Below, piece after piece: positions 38,853 through 48,365 of a stretch of DNA of 64,000 bases. The stretch is from Chthoniobacteraceae bacterium (GTDB lineage: Bacteria; Verrucomicrobiota; Verrucomicrobiia; Chthoniobacterales; Chthoniobacteraceae), in NCBI GenBank assembly GCA_037190965.1, contig JBBCKI010000045.1:1-64000 (forward strand), read 5' to 3'. The notes beneath the pieces are model-generated. The model had not been told where the DNA came from and made no database searches. It saw only the letters and a program-made list of their open reading frames with translations. Numbering within the stretch: position 1 is the first letter of the stretch; every line of letters starts with the position of its first letter. The position numbers and the translations under genes are program-made.

Positions 38853-39926
38853 ATGCGGTCAACCTCAAATCCGAAAAACATTCCACCCCCCGGCCCGGTT
38901 CGCTCAACCACGGAGCTGGCGCAGCAATTGGGGCTGTCGCGATGGACCGTTTCGCGCGTCATCAACGGACATGACGGAGTCCATCCGGAGACGGTGGAAC
39001 GAGTCCGCGCCGCGATGAGGGAATCCGGTTTTTCCCCAAACCCCCTCGCTCAAGGATTGAGACGAGGCCGCACGAACATCATCGGCGTCTGCGTGCCGGA
39101 TTTGGAAGACTTCTACCTTGGCCCGAAACTCGAAGCACTGCGACGCACCGTCGCTGCGGAAGGCTTTCACGTCATGGTCGGCATGACCGATGGAGACACC
39201 GCCACCGAAGTCGAAACGCTGGATCACTTCCGTCTCCTGCGCGCGGCGGGAGTCGTCACGCTCGCCTCCCAGCTTTCCCCAAAAAGCGAGGCGGTCCATC
39301 GGCTCAAGGAAACGAGAATCCCCCTTCTGCTGGTCGATCCCGTGGTCGCGCCCACCCCGGGAGGGCTCGGCATCAACCGCGCATCGGGAATGAGAGAAGC
39401 CACCCGCCATCTGCTCGACCTCGGGCATCGTCGGATCGCCACCCTGGGCATAGACTCTGAGAGCTTCTACACCCACTCGCGCTTTGAGGCCATCCGGGAG
39501 GTTTTGCAGCCAAGAGGGCTGGAGGCGAAGCGGATCCCCCTCCCCGCGAGAGCGTCCTGCTATGAGGCGGCCTGCAATGGCGCAGAAGTGCTGTTCCCGG
39601 GGGGCAGGCGAAGCGCGGAGAGCCCCACGGCCATCCTCGCCGTGAACGACCGCGTGGCGATGGGGCTTATCGAAGGCCTCCGCGTTCTTGGCCTGCGCGT
39701 GCCGGAGGATGTCTCCATCATCGGTTACGACAATATGGAGGCGGCCGCCTTCATCGCCCCGAAGCTGACCACCATTGACCCATGCCCCGACGAATTGATC
39801 AAACGCACGGCCACCCGGCTCCTGCAATTGATCCGCGACTACGACACCCCGCCGGAACGCACTGTTCGCACCCCCACCCGGCTGATTATCCGGGAATCCA
39901 CTTGTAAAAATCTTGATGGGATTTGA
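38853..39926 (+). CDS. LacI-family transcriptional regulator
   Basis: 'LAQQLGLSRWTVSRVIN', 'LGHRRIA', 'VPEDVSIIGYD', 'IRES'; start ATG 38853. Confidence 0.92.
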   Translation: MRSTSNPKNIPPPGPVRSTTELAQQLGLSRWTVSRVINGHDGVHPETVERVRAAMRESGFSPNPLAQGLRRGRTNIIGVCVPDLEDFYLGPKLEALRRTVAAEGFHVMVGMTDGDTATEVETLDHFRLLRAAGVVTLASQLSPKSEAVHRLKETRIPLLLVDPVVAPTPGGLGINRASGMREATRHLLDLGHRRIATLGIDSESFYTHSRFEAIREVLQPRGLEAKRIPLPARASCYEAACNGAEVLFPGGRRSAESPTAILAVNDRVAMGLIEGLRVLGLRVPEDVSIIGYDNMEAAAFIAPKLTTIDPCPDELIKRTATRLLQLIRDYDTPPERTVRTPTRLIIRESTCKNLDGI

Positions 39927-39963
39927 TCGACTTCATAAAGTCTGACCTTCATCTGATCTCCCC

Positions 39964-41085
<1,122 letters not shown>

Positions 41086-41095
41086 CAACTTCCCC

Positions 41096-41737
41096 ATGCA
41101 ACTGACACCTCATAGCAGACTGCTCTTCATCGGAGACTCGATCACCGACACCGGACGGGCGCACCCCTTCGGCGAATCCGGCGAAGCTCTCGGCAAAGGA
41201 TACGTAAGCCTTGTCGCGGCGCATCTGGGAGCCGTTTTTCCGGAAGCCTGCCTTCGGATCACGAACGTCGGTATCAGCGGAAATACGGTGCGCCACCTCA
41301 AGGAACGGTGGCAAAGGGATGTCTTCGATCTCAAGCCGGACTATGTCTCGGTCATGATCGGCATCAACGATGTCTGGCGGCAGTTTGACAGACCGGCCAT
41401 CAAAGAAGGCCCCGTGTTTCTGGATGAATACGAACAGACCCTCGACGAACTGGTGAGGACGACAATGCCTACGGTCAAGGGGATGATCGTGATGACGCCC
41501 TTTTTCATCGAGCCCAATTGCGCCGAGCCGATGCGAGCCAAAATGGATCAGTACAGCGCGGCCGCAAAGCGGATCGCCCAGGCGCATGGAACCCTCTTTG
41601 CCGATACGCAGGCCGCCTTTGATACCGTTCTCGCCCACTGTCATCCGGCAGCACTGGCAGCAGACCGCGTCCACCCGAACCTGACAGGCCACAACATCAT
41701 CGCCCGCGCGTTTTTGAAAGCGATCGTGGCGTTGTAG
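41096..41737 (+). CDS. SGNH/GDSL hydrolase (carbohydrate esterase-like)
   Basis: 'GDSIT', 'GISG', 'GIND', 'DRVHP'. Confidence 0.9.
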   Translation: MQLTPHSRLLFIGDSITDTGRAHPFGESGEALGKGYVSLVAAHLGAVFPEACLRITNVGISGNTVRHLKERWQRDVFDLKPDYVSVMIGINDVWRQFDRPAIKEGPVFLDEYEQTLDELVRTTMPTVKGMIVMTPFFIEPNCAEPMRAKMDQYSAAAKRIAQAHGTLFADTQAAFDTVLAHCHPAALAADRVHPNLTGHNIIARAFLKAIVAL

Positions 41738-41776
41738 GAGGCAAGTGCGCCTTCGGGCGGTGGCCGCAGATCCACC

Positions 41777-42979
41777 CTACCGCCCGACAGTCCGGAGAAA
41801 CTCCGGCATGTCATCCGCATCACCCATGAAGGTGACGACGTAGCAGATCTCCCCTTCGCTACGAACGGCAACCGCCCAGTCTTCCTGCTGATAAATTAAC
41901 CAATTGGGGGAATTGAGACGTGAATCTATTTCACTTGAGCGAAAGACAAAAAGGAGGGCGTTGCGGGGATCGAGCGCGATTTGCGCGACGGGACGGCCTT
42001 CAAATTTGTAAGCACGGCACCCCACCGCCTTGACGTGCTCGAACTCCGGCGGAACCGAGAAATTCTCGAAACCCTTGAGAAGGAACCAATCTCCGAGCCG
42101 CCCCGCCTCAGTCGTTTCGATCCCTTCCAACTTCGAATCGCCCTGACCATCGGCGTCCTCCACGAGCGCGTTGATGAGTTCCTTGCCGGGGAATTCGTCC
42201 ATCTTCTGCATCGCCGCGAAGATGCCCACCCCCATCATAACGGCAAACGCCACCCCGATCGCCATCACGGCAGGTTGCCGCAGGATGGCCCGGAGCCCGG
42301 TTGGAACCGCTGCTTCCAACCCGCGAAAATCGAGCGTTTGCAGTTCTTCAGGAAGCACAATGGATTCCACCGCCTCATGCCACTGCCGGTCGAACGCAAC
42401 CTGCGCCGCGAGTTGGGGAGCGGTTTTCGCATCCACTCCGGCGACCGCCTGGCCAACCTCCGCGGAATCTCCACCCCAGGGACGATGCAACGGCACCAAG
42501 GAGTCGCCCGGGAAATATTGCTCGGGAGCCAGCGCATGCCGCGCCTGAGCCAGAGGCAGCGCCAAAGCGCCCGCGTCGGGCAGATCCAGAAGCCGGGCCA
42601 GGCCATCAAGGCTGCCCCCCGCCGCCTGAAAAAAAACAAAGGCCCCACGGGCGGGCTCGGAAAGCGAAGCCACGCGAGCCCACGGTTCCACGGCTTCGGC
42701 GTTTTCCATGGCACTTGAGGCACTCGAAGCGGAACTCCCCAGGGCTGCCTGCCGGACCCGCCGAAGCAGCCACGCCCGTCGCTCCTCCGGGGTGCGCATG
42801 GCCGAAGATGCCCCGGCGGCTGAAGTGAAAGCATTCCCGACGATCGAGGAGGCAAGAGCGGGACGCCCTGTCAAAAGCAACGCAACGTGGTAAGCTTCTG
42901 AGGCGGCCGTTTCCGAACGCGAGTCTCCCTGTGCCTGAGGAGGTTGGGAATCTGGAGGGGGTGTTTCCAAAGCACCCAA
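41777..42979 (-). CDS. Hypothetical protein: degenerate ECF-sigma-like N-terminus, TM segment, anti-sigma-like C-terminus
   Basis: 400-aa ORF with one TM segment; domain call is by-eye resemblance only; start uncertain. Confidence 0.55.
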   Translation of the reverse strand: MGALETPPPDSQPPQAQGDSRSETAASEAYHVALLLTGRPALASSIVGNAFTSAAGASSAMRTPEERRAWLLRRVRQAALGSSASSASSAMENAEAVEPWARVASLSEPARGAFVFFQAAGGSLDGLARLLDLPDAGALALPLAQARHALAPEQYFPGDSLVPLHRPWGGDSAEVGQAVAGVDAKTAPQLAAQVAFDRQWHEAVESIVLPEELQTLDFRGLEAAVPTGLRAILRQPAVMAIGVAFAVMMGVGIFAAMQKMDEFPGKELINALVEDADGQGDSKLEGIETTEAGRLGDWFLLKGFENFSVPPEFEHVKAVGCRAYKFEGRPVAQIALDPRNALLFVFRSSEIDSRLNSPNWLIYQQEDWAVAVRSEGEICYVVTFMGDADDMPEFLRTVGR

Positions 42980-43141
42980 ACGTAGTGCCCAAAGCCCCCA
43001 ATGCGCAACAGATTGTTGCCCTCAAAAAGGGCCGCCAACAAATCGGCTTCAGAGCGCCGGGGAAAAGAGGAGGATGTTTCGCCCATCTCGGCCCTCGACA
43101 CTTCCGGATTTCCATGAAATTCTCTCGCCTCGCTTAAAATT

Positions 43142-45325
43142 GTGGGAGTTAAAAAGCACATCTTATTTGTCTGCACCGGCAATATCTGCCGCAGCCCGAT
43201 GGCTGAAGGGCTCTTCCGGGAGATGACTCGCTCGCGGGGAGATATCGAAGTCTCTTCGGCGGGAGTCGGTGCAGTTCGCGGCCAGCCACCCAGCGTGCAT
43301 TCCGTCACGGTGCTGCGCCAGATGGGGATCGATATTTCCGGCGTCCGAAGCCGTCCCCTCACAGGAAGCATCGTGGAGGAAGCCACCGCCATTTTCGCGA
43401 TGACACGGGGTCACCTCGACATGATCCTGACGTTCTTCCCCGAGGCGGCGGAAAAAACCTTCCTCATGCGGGAATTTCAACCCGGCGTTCGATCGATGGA
43501 CATCGCCGACCCGATTGGGGGCAGCCTCGAGACTTACACCCAATGCCGGGACCAGATCAAAGCCGCCCTCCCGAGCATCCTGAACTCCATCAACCAAGCA
43601 GACGCGTCCATGACCACCTCTCCTTCCACCAGCACCCGCCCCCTCCGCATCGCGCTCGGCGCGGATCACGGCGGCTTCGAATTGAAGAAGTCGATCCACG
43701 ACCACCTCTCCTCCAAGGGGCACCTCATTTCCGATTTCGGAGCCTTCACCGCCCAGTCGGTCGATTACCCCGATTACGCCGAACTGGTGTGCCGCGAGGT
43801 GATCGCGGGCAAGGCGGACTTCGGCATTCTTTTTTGCAAGAGCGGCATCGGCATGAGCATCGCCGCCAACCGTTTCCCGCAGATCCGCGCCTCGCTGGTC
43901 CGCAGCGCCGCCGAAGCCGTCACTACCCGGCAGCACAACAACTCGAACGTCCTCTGCCTCGCGGCGAACGATCTTCCGGCGGAAACGGCCAAACAGATCG
44001 TGGAAGCCTATCTGAGCGCCCCCTTCGAGGGCGGCCGCCACGAGCTTCGCGTGGAAAAACTGGAGCAGGTCGGCGCGGAATTCCACGCCGGCGGCGCGCT
44101 GGCCGAGGCCGATCCGGAGATCGCCAAAGCCATCGCGGAGGAAGGCGAACGCCAGTTTGAGAACATCGAGCTGATCGCCTCTGAAAACTTCACCAGCCGC
44201 GCCGTCATGGAAGCGCAGGGTTCCTGCCTGACCAACAAGTATGCGGAAGGCTACCCTGGCCGCCGCTGGTATGGCGGGTGTGAGCATGTCGACGTCGTCG
44301 AACAGCTCGCCATCGATCGCGCCAAGGCGCTCTTCGGCGGCGATCACATCAACGTCCAGCCGCACTCCGGCAGCCAGGCCAACATGGCCGTCTACTTCTC
44401 CGTCCTCCAGCCCGGCGACAAGATCCTGACGATGGATCTCTCCCACGGCGGCCACCTCACCCACGGCAACCGGGCCAACTTCTCGGGTCGGTTCTTCGAA
44501 GTGAGTCACTACGGGGTCAGCCAGGAAACCGAGACACTTGACTACGACGCCCTTGCCCGGCACGCCGCCGAGTTCAAGCCGAAGATGATCACGGCAGGCG
44601 CATCCGCCTACCCGCGCGTAATCGACTTCGCTCGGATGCGCGAAATCGCCGACTCCGTGGGCGCTTACCTCTTTGTCGACATGGCGCACATCGCCGGTCT
44701 CGTCGCGGGCGGCGTTCACCCTAGCCCCGTCGAACTGGCCGACTTCACCACCACGACGACCCACAAGAGCCTGCGCGGCCCACGCGGCGGCATCATCATC
44801 TGCAAAGCGCAATACGCCAAAGGGATCGACTCCCAGGTGTTCCCCGGCATCCAGGGCGGCCCGCTCATGCATGTCATCGCGGGCAAGGCGGTCTGCTTCC
44901 ATGAGGCCCTCCAGCCCGGCTTCAAGGATTACGCCCGGCAAATTGTGAGCAACGCGAAGGCGCTTGCCGCCCAGCTCACCCGCCACGGCTACCGGCTCGT
45001 TTCCGGAGGCACGGACAACCACCTCATGCTCGTCGACTTGCGCCCGAAAGGCCTCAACGGCAAGCTGGCTTCCGAGACGCTGGACAAAGCGGGCATCACC
45101 ATCAACAAGAACGGCATCCCTTTCGATACGGAGAAGATCACCCTCGGCGGCGGCATCCGGATCGGAACCCCGGCGGCAACCACGCGCGGGATGAAGGAAG
45201 AGCAGATGATGGAAATCGGCGACCTGATTCACGAAGCGTTGACCCACCATACCGACACCGCCACGCTCGACGCCGTGCGCGCCAAGGTCCACGAACTGAC
45301 GAAGCGCTATCCGCTCCCAAGGTAA
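43142..45325 (+). CDS. glyA: Fusion of low-molecular-weight protein phosphatase, ribose-5-phosphate isomerase B and serine hydroxymethyltransferase
   Basis: '[13 protein letters not shown]...DIADP'; 'GADHGG...DYPD...[12 protein letters not shown]...HNNSN...GGRH'; 'LIASEN', 'YAEGYP', '[14 protein letters not shown]', 'QGGP'; no stop in 727 codons. Confidence 0.95.
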   Translation: MGVKKHILFVCTGNICRSPMAEGLFREMTRSRGDIEVSSAGVGAVRGQPPSVHSVTVLRQMGIDISGVRSRPLTGSIVEEATAIFAMTRGHLDMILTFFPEAAEKTFLMREFQPGVRSMDIADPIGGSLETYTQCRDQIKAALPSILNSINQADASMTTSPSTSTRPLRIALGADHGGFELKKSIHDHLSSKGHLISDFGAFTAQSVDYPDYAELVCREVIAGKADFGILFCKSGIGMSIAANRFPQIRASLVRSAAEAVTTRQHNNSNVLCLAANDLPAETAKQIVEAYLSAPFEGGRHELRVEKLEQVGAEFHAGGALAEADPEIAKAIAEEGERQFENIELIASENFTSRAVMEAQGSCLTNKYAEGYPGRRWYGGCEHVDVVEQLAIDRAKALFGGDHINVQPHSGSQANMAVYFSVLQPGDKILTMDLSHGGHLTHGNRANFSGRFFEVSHYGVSQETETLDYDALARHAAEFKPKMITAGASAYPRVIDFARMREIADSVGAYLFVDMAHIAGLVAGGVHPSPVELADFTTTTTHKSLRGPRGGIIICKAQYAKGIDSQVFPGIQGGPLMHVIAGKAVCFHEALQPGFKDYARQIVSNAKALAAQLTRHGYRLVSGGTDNHLMLVDLRPKGLNGKLASETLDKAGITINKNGIPFDTEKITLGGGIRIGTPAATTRGMKEEQMMEIGDLIHEALTHHTDTATLDAVRAKVHELTKRYPLPR

Positions 45326-45364
45326 CCCCGTCCCTTCAGACAGGGTATTTCGATCTTGCCTTAC

Positions 45365-45401
45365 AGCCGGTGTTACGATTTCATGAATCGTAACACCGGC
45401 T
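45365..45401. promoter_or_regulatory. Candidate NikR operator (perfect 16-bp inverted repeat), possibly also a terminator
   Basis: AGCCGGTGTTACGATT-TCATG-AATCGTAACACCGGCT, containing GTGTTAC-N13-GTAACAC, 6 nt upstream of the nikR ATG and followed by a T-rich tract. Confidence 0.75.
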
Positions 45402-45407
45402 TTTCTT

Positions 45408-45824
45408 ATGTCCGATCTCGTCCGCTTCAGTGTCTCCGTCGAGCGCCCTCTTTTTGAGCGGCTCGAAACGCTCGTCTCCGAAGGCGAGTACACGAACCGC
45501 TCTGAATACGTGCGCGACCTGGTCCGCGAGCGGCTCGTGCAGGAGGAATGGAACTCCGACGAAGAGGCGATCGGCACCATCACGCTTGTCTACAACCATC
45601 ACCTCCGGCAACTCAGCGACCGGCTGGCCAAGGTGCAGCACCATCATCACCGGCAGATCCTCGCCGTGACGCATGTGCATCTCGATGACGATCTTTGCGT
45701 GGAAGCGATTCTCATCAAGGCGAAGGCCCACGAGATCCGCCACATCGCCAACGAACTCCAACGCGAAAAAGGGGTCTTCCACGCAGGGCTCACCATGAGC
45801 ACGACCGGCAAACATCTTTCGTAA
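45408..45824 (+). CDS. nikR: Nickel-responsive regulator NikR
   Basis: RHH 'RFSVS...Y.NRSE..RDL', 'YNHH', 'QHHHH', 'HVHLD..LC.E'. Confidence 0.95.
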   Translation: MSDLVRFSVSVERPLFERLETLVSEGEYTNRSEYVRDLVRERLVQEEWNSDEEAIGTITLVYNHHLRQLSDRLAKVQHHHHRQILAVTHVHLDDDLCVEAILIKAKAHEIRHIANELQREKGVFHAGLTMSTTGKHLS

Positions 45825-45843
45825 CTCTCGTAACTTTCTCGCC

Positions 45844-46497
45844 GTGCATATTCCCGACGGATTTCTCAGCTTCGAAGTCAACGCCACTACGGCGGCGATC
45901 TCCGCCGCCTGCTGCGCGCTTGCCGTACGGCAGGCCAACCGGACACTCGGGGAACGGCAGGTGCCGATGCTGGGAGTCGCAGGGGCGTTCATTTTCGCCG
46001 CCCAAATGCTCAACTTCCCCATCGCGGGCGGGACGAGCGGACATTTCCTCGGAGCCGTTCTGGCGGCGGTTCTTCTCGGGCCGCTCAACGCCTGCCTTGT
46101 CATGGCGATTGTCCTCGCGATCCAATGCCTGGTGTTTGCCGACGGCGGGTTGACGGCGCTCGGGAGCAATATTTTCAACATGGGCGTCATCGGAGCGTTT
46201 CTCGGCTATCCGGTCTTCACGGGCCTGCGCGCGGTTCTCCCGAAAACACGGGGCGGCTCGATTACCGCCGCCGCGGTGGCTTCGTGGGCCTCCATCGTTC
46301 TTGCCTCCGCCGCCTGCGCCTTGGAGTTGGCTCTTTCCGGTACCGCGCCCCTCCGGCAGGCCCTCCCGGCCATGACGCTGGTGCATGCAGTCATTGGCAT
46401 TGGGGAAGCGATCATCACCGCCATGGTCCTCTCCGCAGTCCTGGGAGTACGCCCCGATCTGCTGGCCTCCCGTCATCAACTAGCCCCCGCACGATGA
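45844..46497 (+). CDS. nikM: ECF Ni/Co transporter S component NikM/CbiM
   Basis: GTG start, 'MHIPDGF', 'FAAQM.NFP..GGTSGH', 'FADGGL'. Confidence 0.88.
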   Translation: MHIPDGFLSFEVNATTAAISAACCALAVRQANRTLGERQVPMLGVAGAFIFAAQMLNFPIAGGTSGHFLGAVLAAVLLGPLNACLVMAIVLAIQCLVFADGGLTALGSNIFNMGVIGAFLGYPVFTGLRAVLPKTRGGSITAAAVASWASIVLASAACALELALSGTAPLRQALPAMTLVHAVIGIGEAIITAMVLSAVLGVRPDLLASRHQLAPAR

Positions 46498-46811
46498 ACC
46501 GCCTCTTCTTTCTCTCCAGCCTTGCCGTGGCGCTTCTCCTAGCCTGCTTCATTTCGCCCATGGCTTCGGAGATGCCCGACGGTCTCGATAAATATGCGGA
46601 AGACCACGCCATCGAATCCCGGGAGACTCCGCTTTGGAATCGCGCCCCCATGGCCGACTATGCCGCGCCCTTTGCCTCCAATGAACGGCTGAGCACCGGC
46701 CTCGCGGGCGGGATCGGGACGCTTCTCACTTTTGGTCTGCTGATCCTTGGCGGCAAAGCCCTGGCCGCCCGACGACGTATTGAACCCGAGGAGGCGGCAT
46801 GCAAGCCCTGA
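46494..46811 (+). CDS. nikN: NikN-like PDGLE-domain membrane protein
   Basis: 'SPMAS..PDGLD', 'APMADY', 'LAG..GT'; start ATG 46494. Confidence 0.8.
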   Translation: MNRLFFLSSLAVALLLACFISPMASEMPDGLDKYAEDHAIESRETPLWNRAPMADYAAPFASNERLSTGLAGGIGTLLTFGLLILGGKALAARRRIEPEEAACKP

Positions 46812-47560
46812 TCGCGTCGTTTCCATCGCCCCTCTCCCTCCGCCCCTCGCTTCTCCAGCAACTCGACGCGCGGGTAAAACTCCTCCTGCTCGTTGCCACG
46901 ACGGTGGCCATCGTCACCACACCCATTGCCTTCTGGCCCGCGTTCGTCGTCTACGCCTCGATGCTCGCAGCAGCCGTCCTTATAGGAAGCCTTCCCATAA
47001 AAGCGCTGGTGGCGAGACTAGCGATCGTGCTGCCGTTTATTTTAGGGGCGGCGATATTTCTCCCCTTCCACACTCCGCTCCCCGCTGCCTCGGGAAGCGC
47101 ACAGGCCGGTTGGATGCTCTTCCTGAATTTTACCGTCAAATCGCTGCTGGGCGCGACGGCGACGCTGATCCTCACCGCCTCCACCCCCTTCCCTCGATTG
47201 TTGGCCGCACTGGAAGGACTGAAAGTTCCGCGCGTCGCGGTCATGATCTTCAGCTTTACCTATCGCTACCTCTTCGTTCTCGGAGAGGAAGCGATGAGGA
47301 TGAAACGGGCCTGCGATTCCCGCTGTTATCGGGGCCGATGGATTAGTGACGCCGTGGTGATTGGCCGGATGACGGGAACACTCTTCCTGCGCAGCTATGA
47401 ACGGGGCGAGCGCGTTTATCTGGCAATGCTTTCGCGCGGATTCGACGGCACGGCGGCCCCGCCCCAAAACAGAGCCGGCCTGACCGGGAGCGACCTGGCC
47501 GCCTTGATCGGCGTCCTCCTTTTACTCGCCGGCACATGGACGGCGGCGCGAATTGGCTAG
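46799..47560 (+). CDS. nikQ: ECF T component NikQ/CbiQ
   Basis: 'LDARVKL', 'YRYLFVL.EE', 'RSYERGERVY.AM.SRG'. Confidence 0.88.
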   Translation: MQALIASFPSPLSLRPSLLQQLDARVKLLLLVATTVAIVTTPIAFWPAFVVYASMLAAAVLIGSLPIKALVARLAIVLPFILGAAIFLPFHTPLPAASGSAQAGWMLFLNFTVKSLLGATATLILTASTPFPRLLAALEGLKVPRVAVMIFSFTYRYLFVLGEEAMRMKRACDSRCYRGRWISDAVVIGRMTGTLFLRSYERGERVYLAMLSRGFDGTAAPPQNRAGLTGSDLAALIGVLLLLAGTWTAARIG

Positions 47561-47562
47561 TC

Positions 47563-48255
47563 ATGTTGACACCCGCCGCCATCGCCATCGACCGGCTTTC
47601 GTACCGTTATCCCGACGGAACGCCCGCGCTGGACGAGGTCACCCTGCATATCAATACGGGTGAACGGGTTGCGTTAATCGGCAACAACGGCGCGGGCAAA
47701 AGCACGCTCCTTCTCCATCTCAACGGCATCCTGCAAAGCCCGGCTGTCACCGTGCTCGGGATGCCTGTGGAAAAGGCAACCCTGCGGGAAATCCGACAGA
47801 AGGTGGGCCTCGTGTTCCAGAACCCCGACGACCAGCTTTTCTGCGCCTCGGTGGAAGAAGACGTGGCGTTCGGCCCCACCAATCTCCGCCTGCCTGCGGA
47901 AGAGGTGCGGCGACGCGTGAGCGAAAGCCTGGGCAGTGTCGGGCTGGCCGGGCACGAACAACGGAGCGCGTTCCATCTCAGCACCGGCCAGAAAAAGCGC
48001 GCCGCCATCGCTACCGTGCTGGCCATGAAGGCGGAAATCCTGGTGCTCGACGAACCGACCAGCAACCTCGACCTCCGGGGCCGTCGCGAGCTTTTCGAGG
48101 TTCTCAACGCGTTCCCGGGAACACTAGTCATCGCCACGCACGACTTTGAGTGGGCCGCCCGGCTTTGCCCCCGGATGGCTCTTTTCGATCACGGCACCCT
48201 CCTCGCCGACGGCCTCTCCGGAGCCGTCATGGACCAGTTCACCGCGTTGAAATAG
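47563..48255 (+). CDS. nikO: ECF ATPase NikO/CbiO
   Basis: 'GNNGAGKST', 'FQNPDDQLF', 'HLS.GQKKR', 'DEPT'. Confidence 0.9.
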   Translation: MLTPAAIAIDRLSYRYPDGTPALDEVTLHINTGERVALIGNNGAGKSTLLLHLNGILQSPAVTVLGMPVEKATLREIRQKVGLVFQNPDDQLFCASVEEDVAFGPTNLRLPAEEVRRRVSESLGSVGLAGHEQRSAFHLSTGQKKRAAIATVLAMKAEILVLDEPTSNLDLRGRRELFEVLNAFPGTLVIATHDFEWAARLCPRMALFDHGTLLADGLSGAVMDQFTALK

Positions 48256-48260
48256 CGCCC

Positions 48261-48283
48261 GCTCTCCGGGATCTCCGGAGAGC
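48261..48283. other. GC-rich hairpin between nikO and the TonB receptor gene
   Basis: GCTCTCCGG-GATCT-CCGGAGAGC. Confidence 0.45.
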
Positions 48284-48365
48284 TTCCCACCCCTTACTAC
48301 GCCCGTGGTGTGCCTGCATGGCACCGTGCGCCCTCGATCCCACGCTCACACAATCCCAACAAACC

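Noticed and set aside
41733..41781. GTAG...CTAC-bounded spacer as another REP
   Set aside because: The ends are simply the TAG stops of two convergent genes; no similarity to the repeat family.
43163..45583. 806-aa minus-strand ORF
   Set aside because: Antisense shadow of the glyA fusion and nikR.
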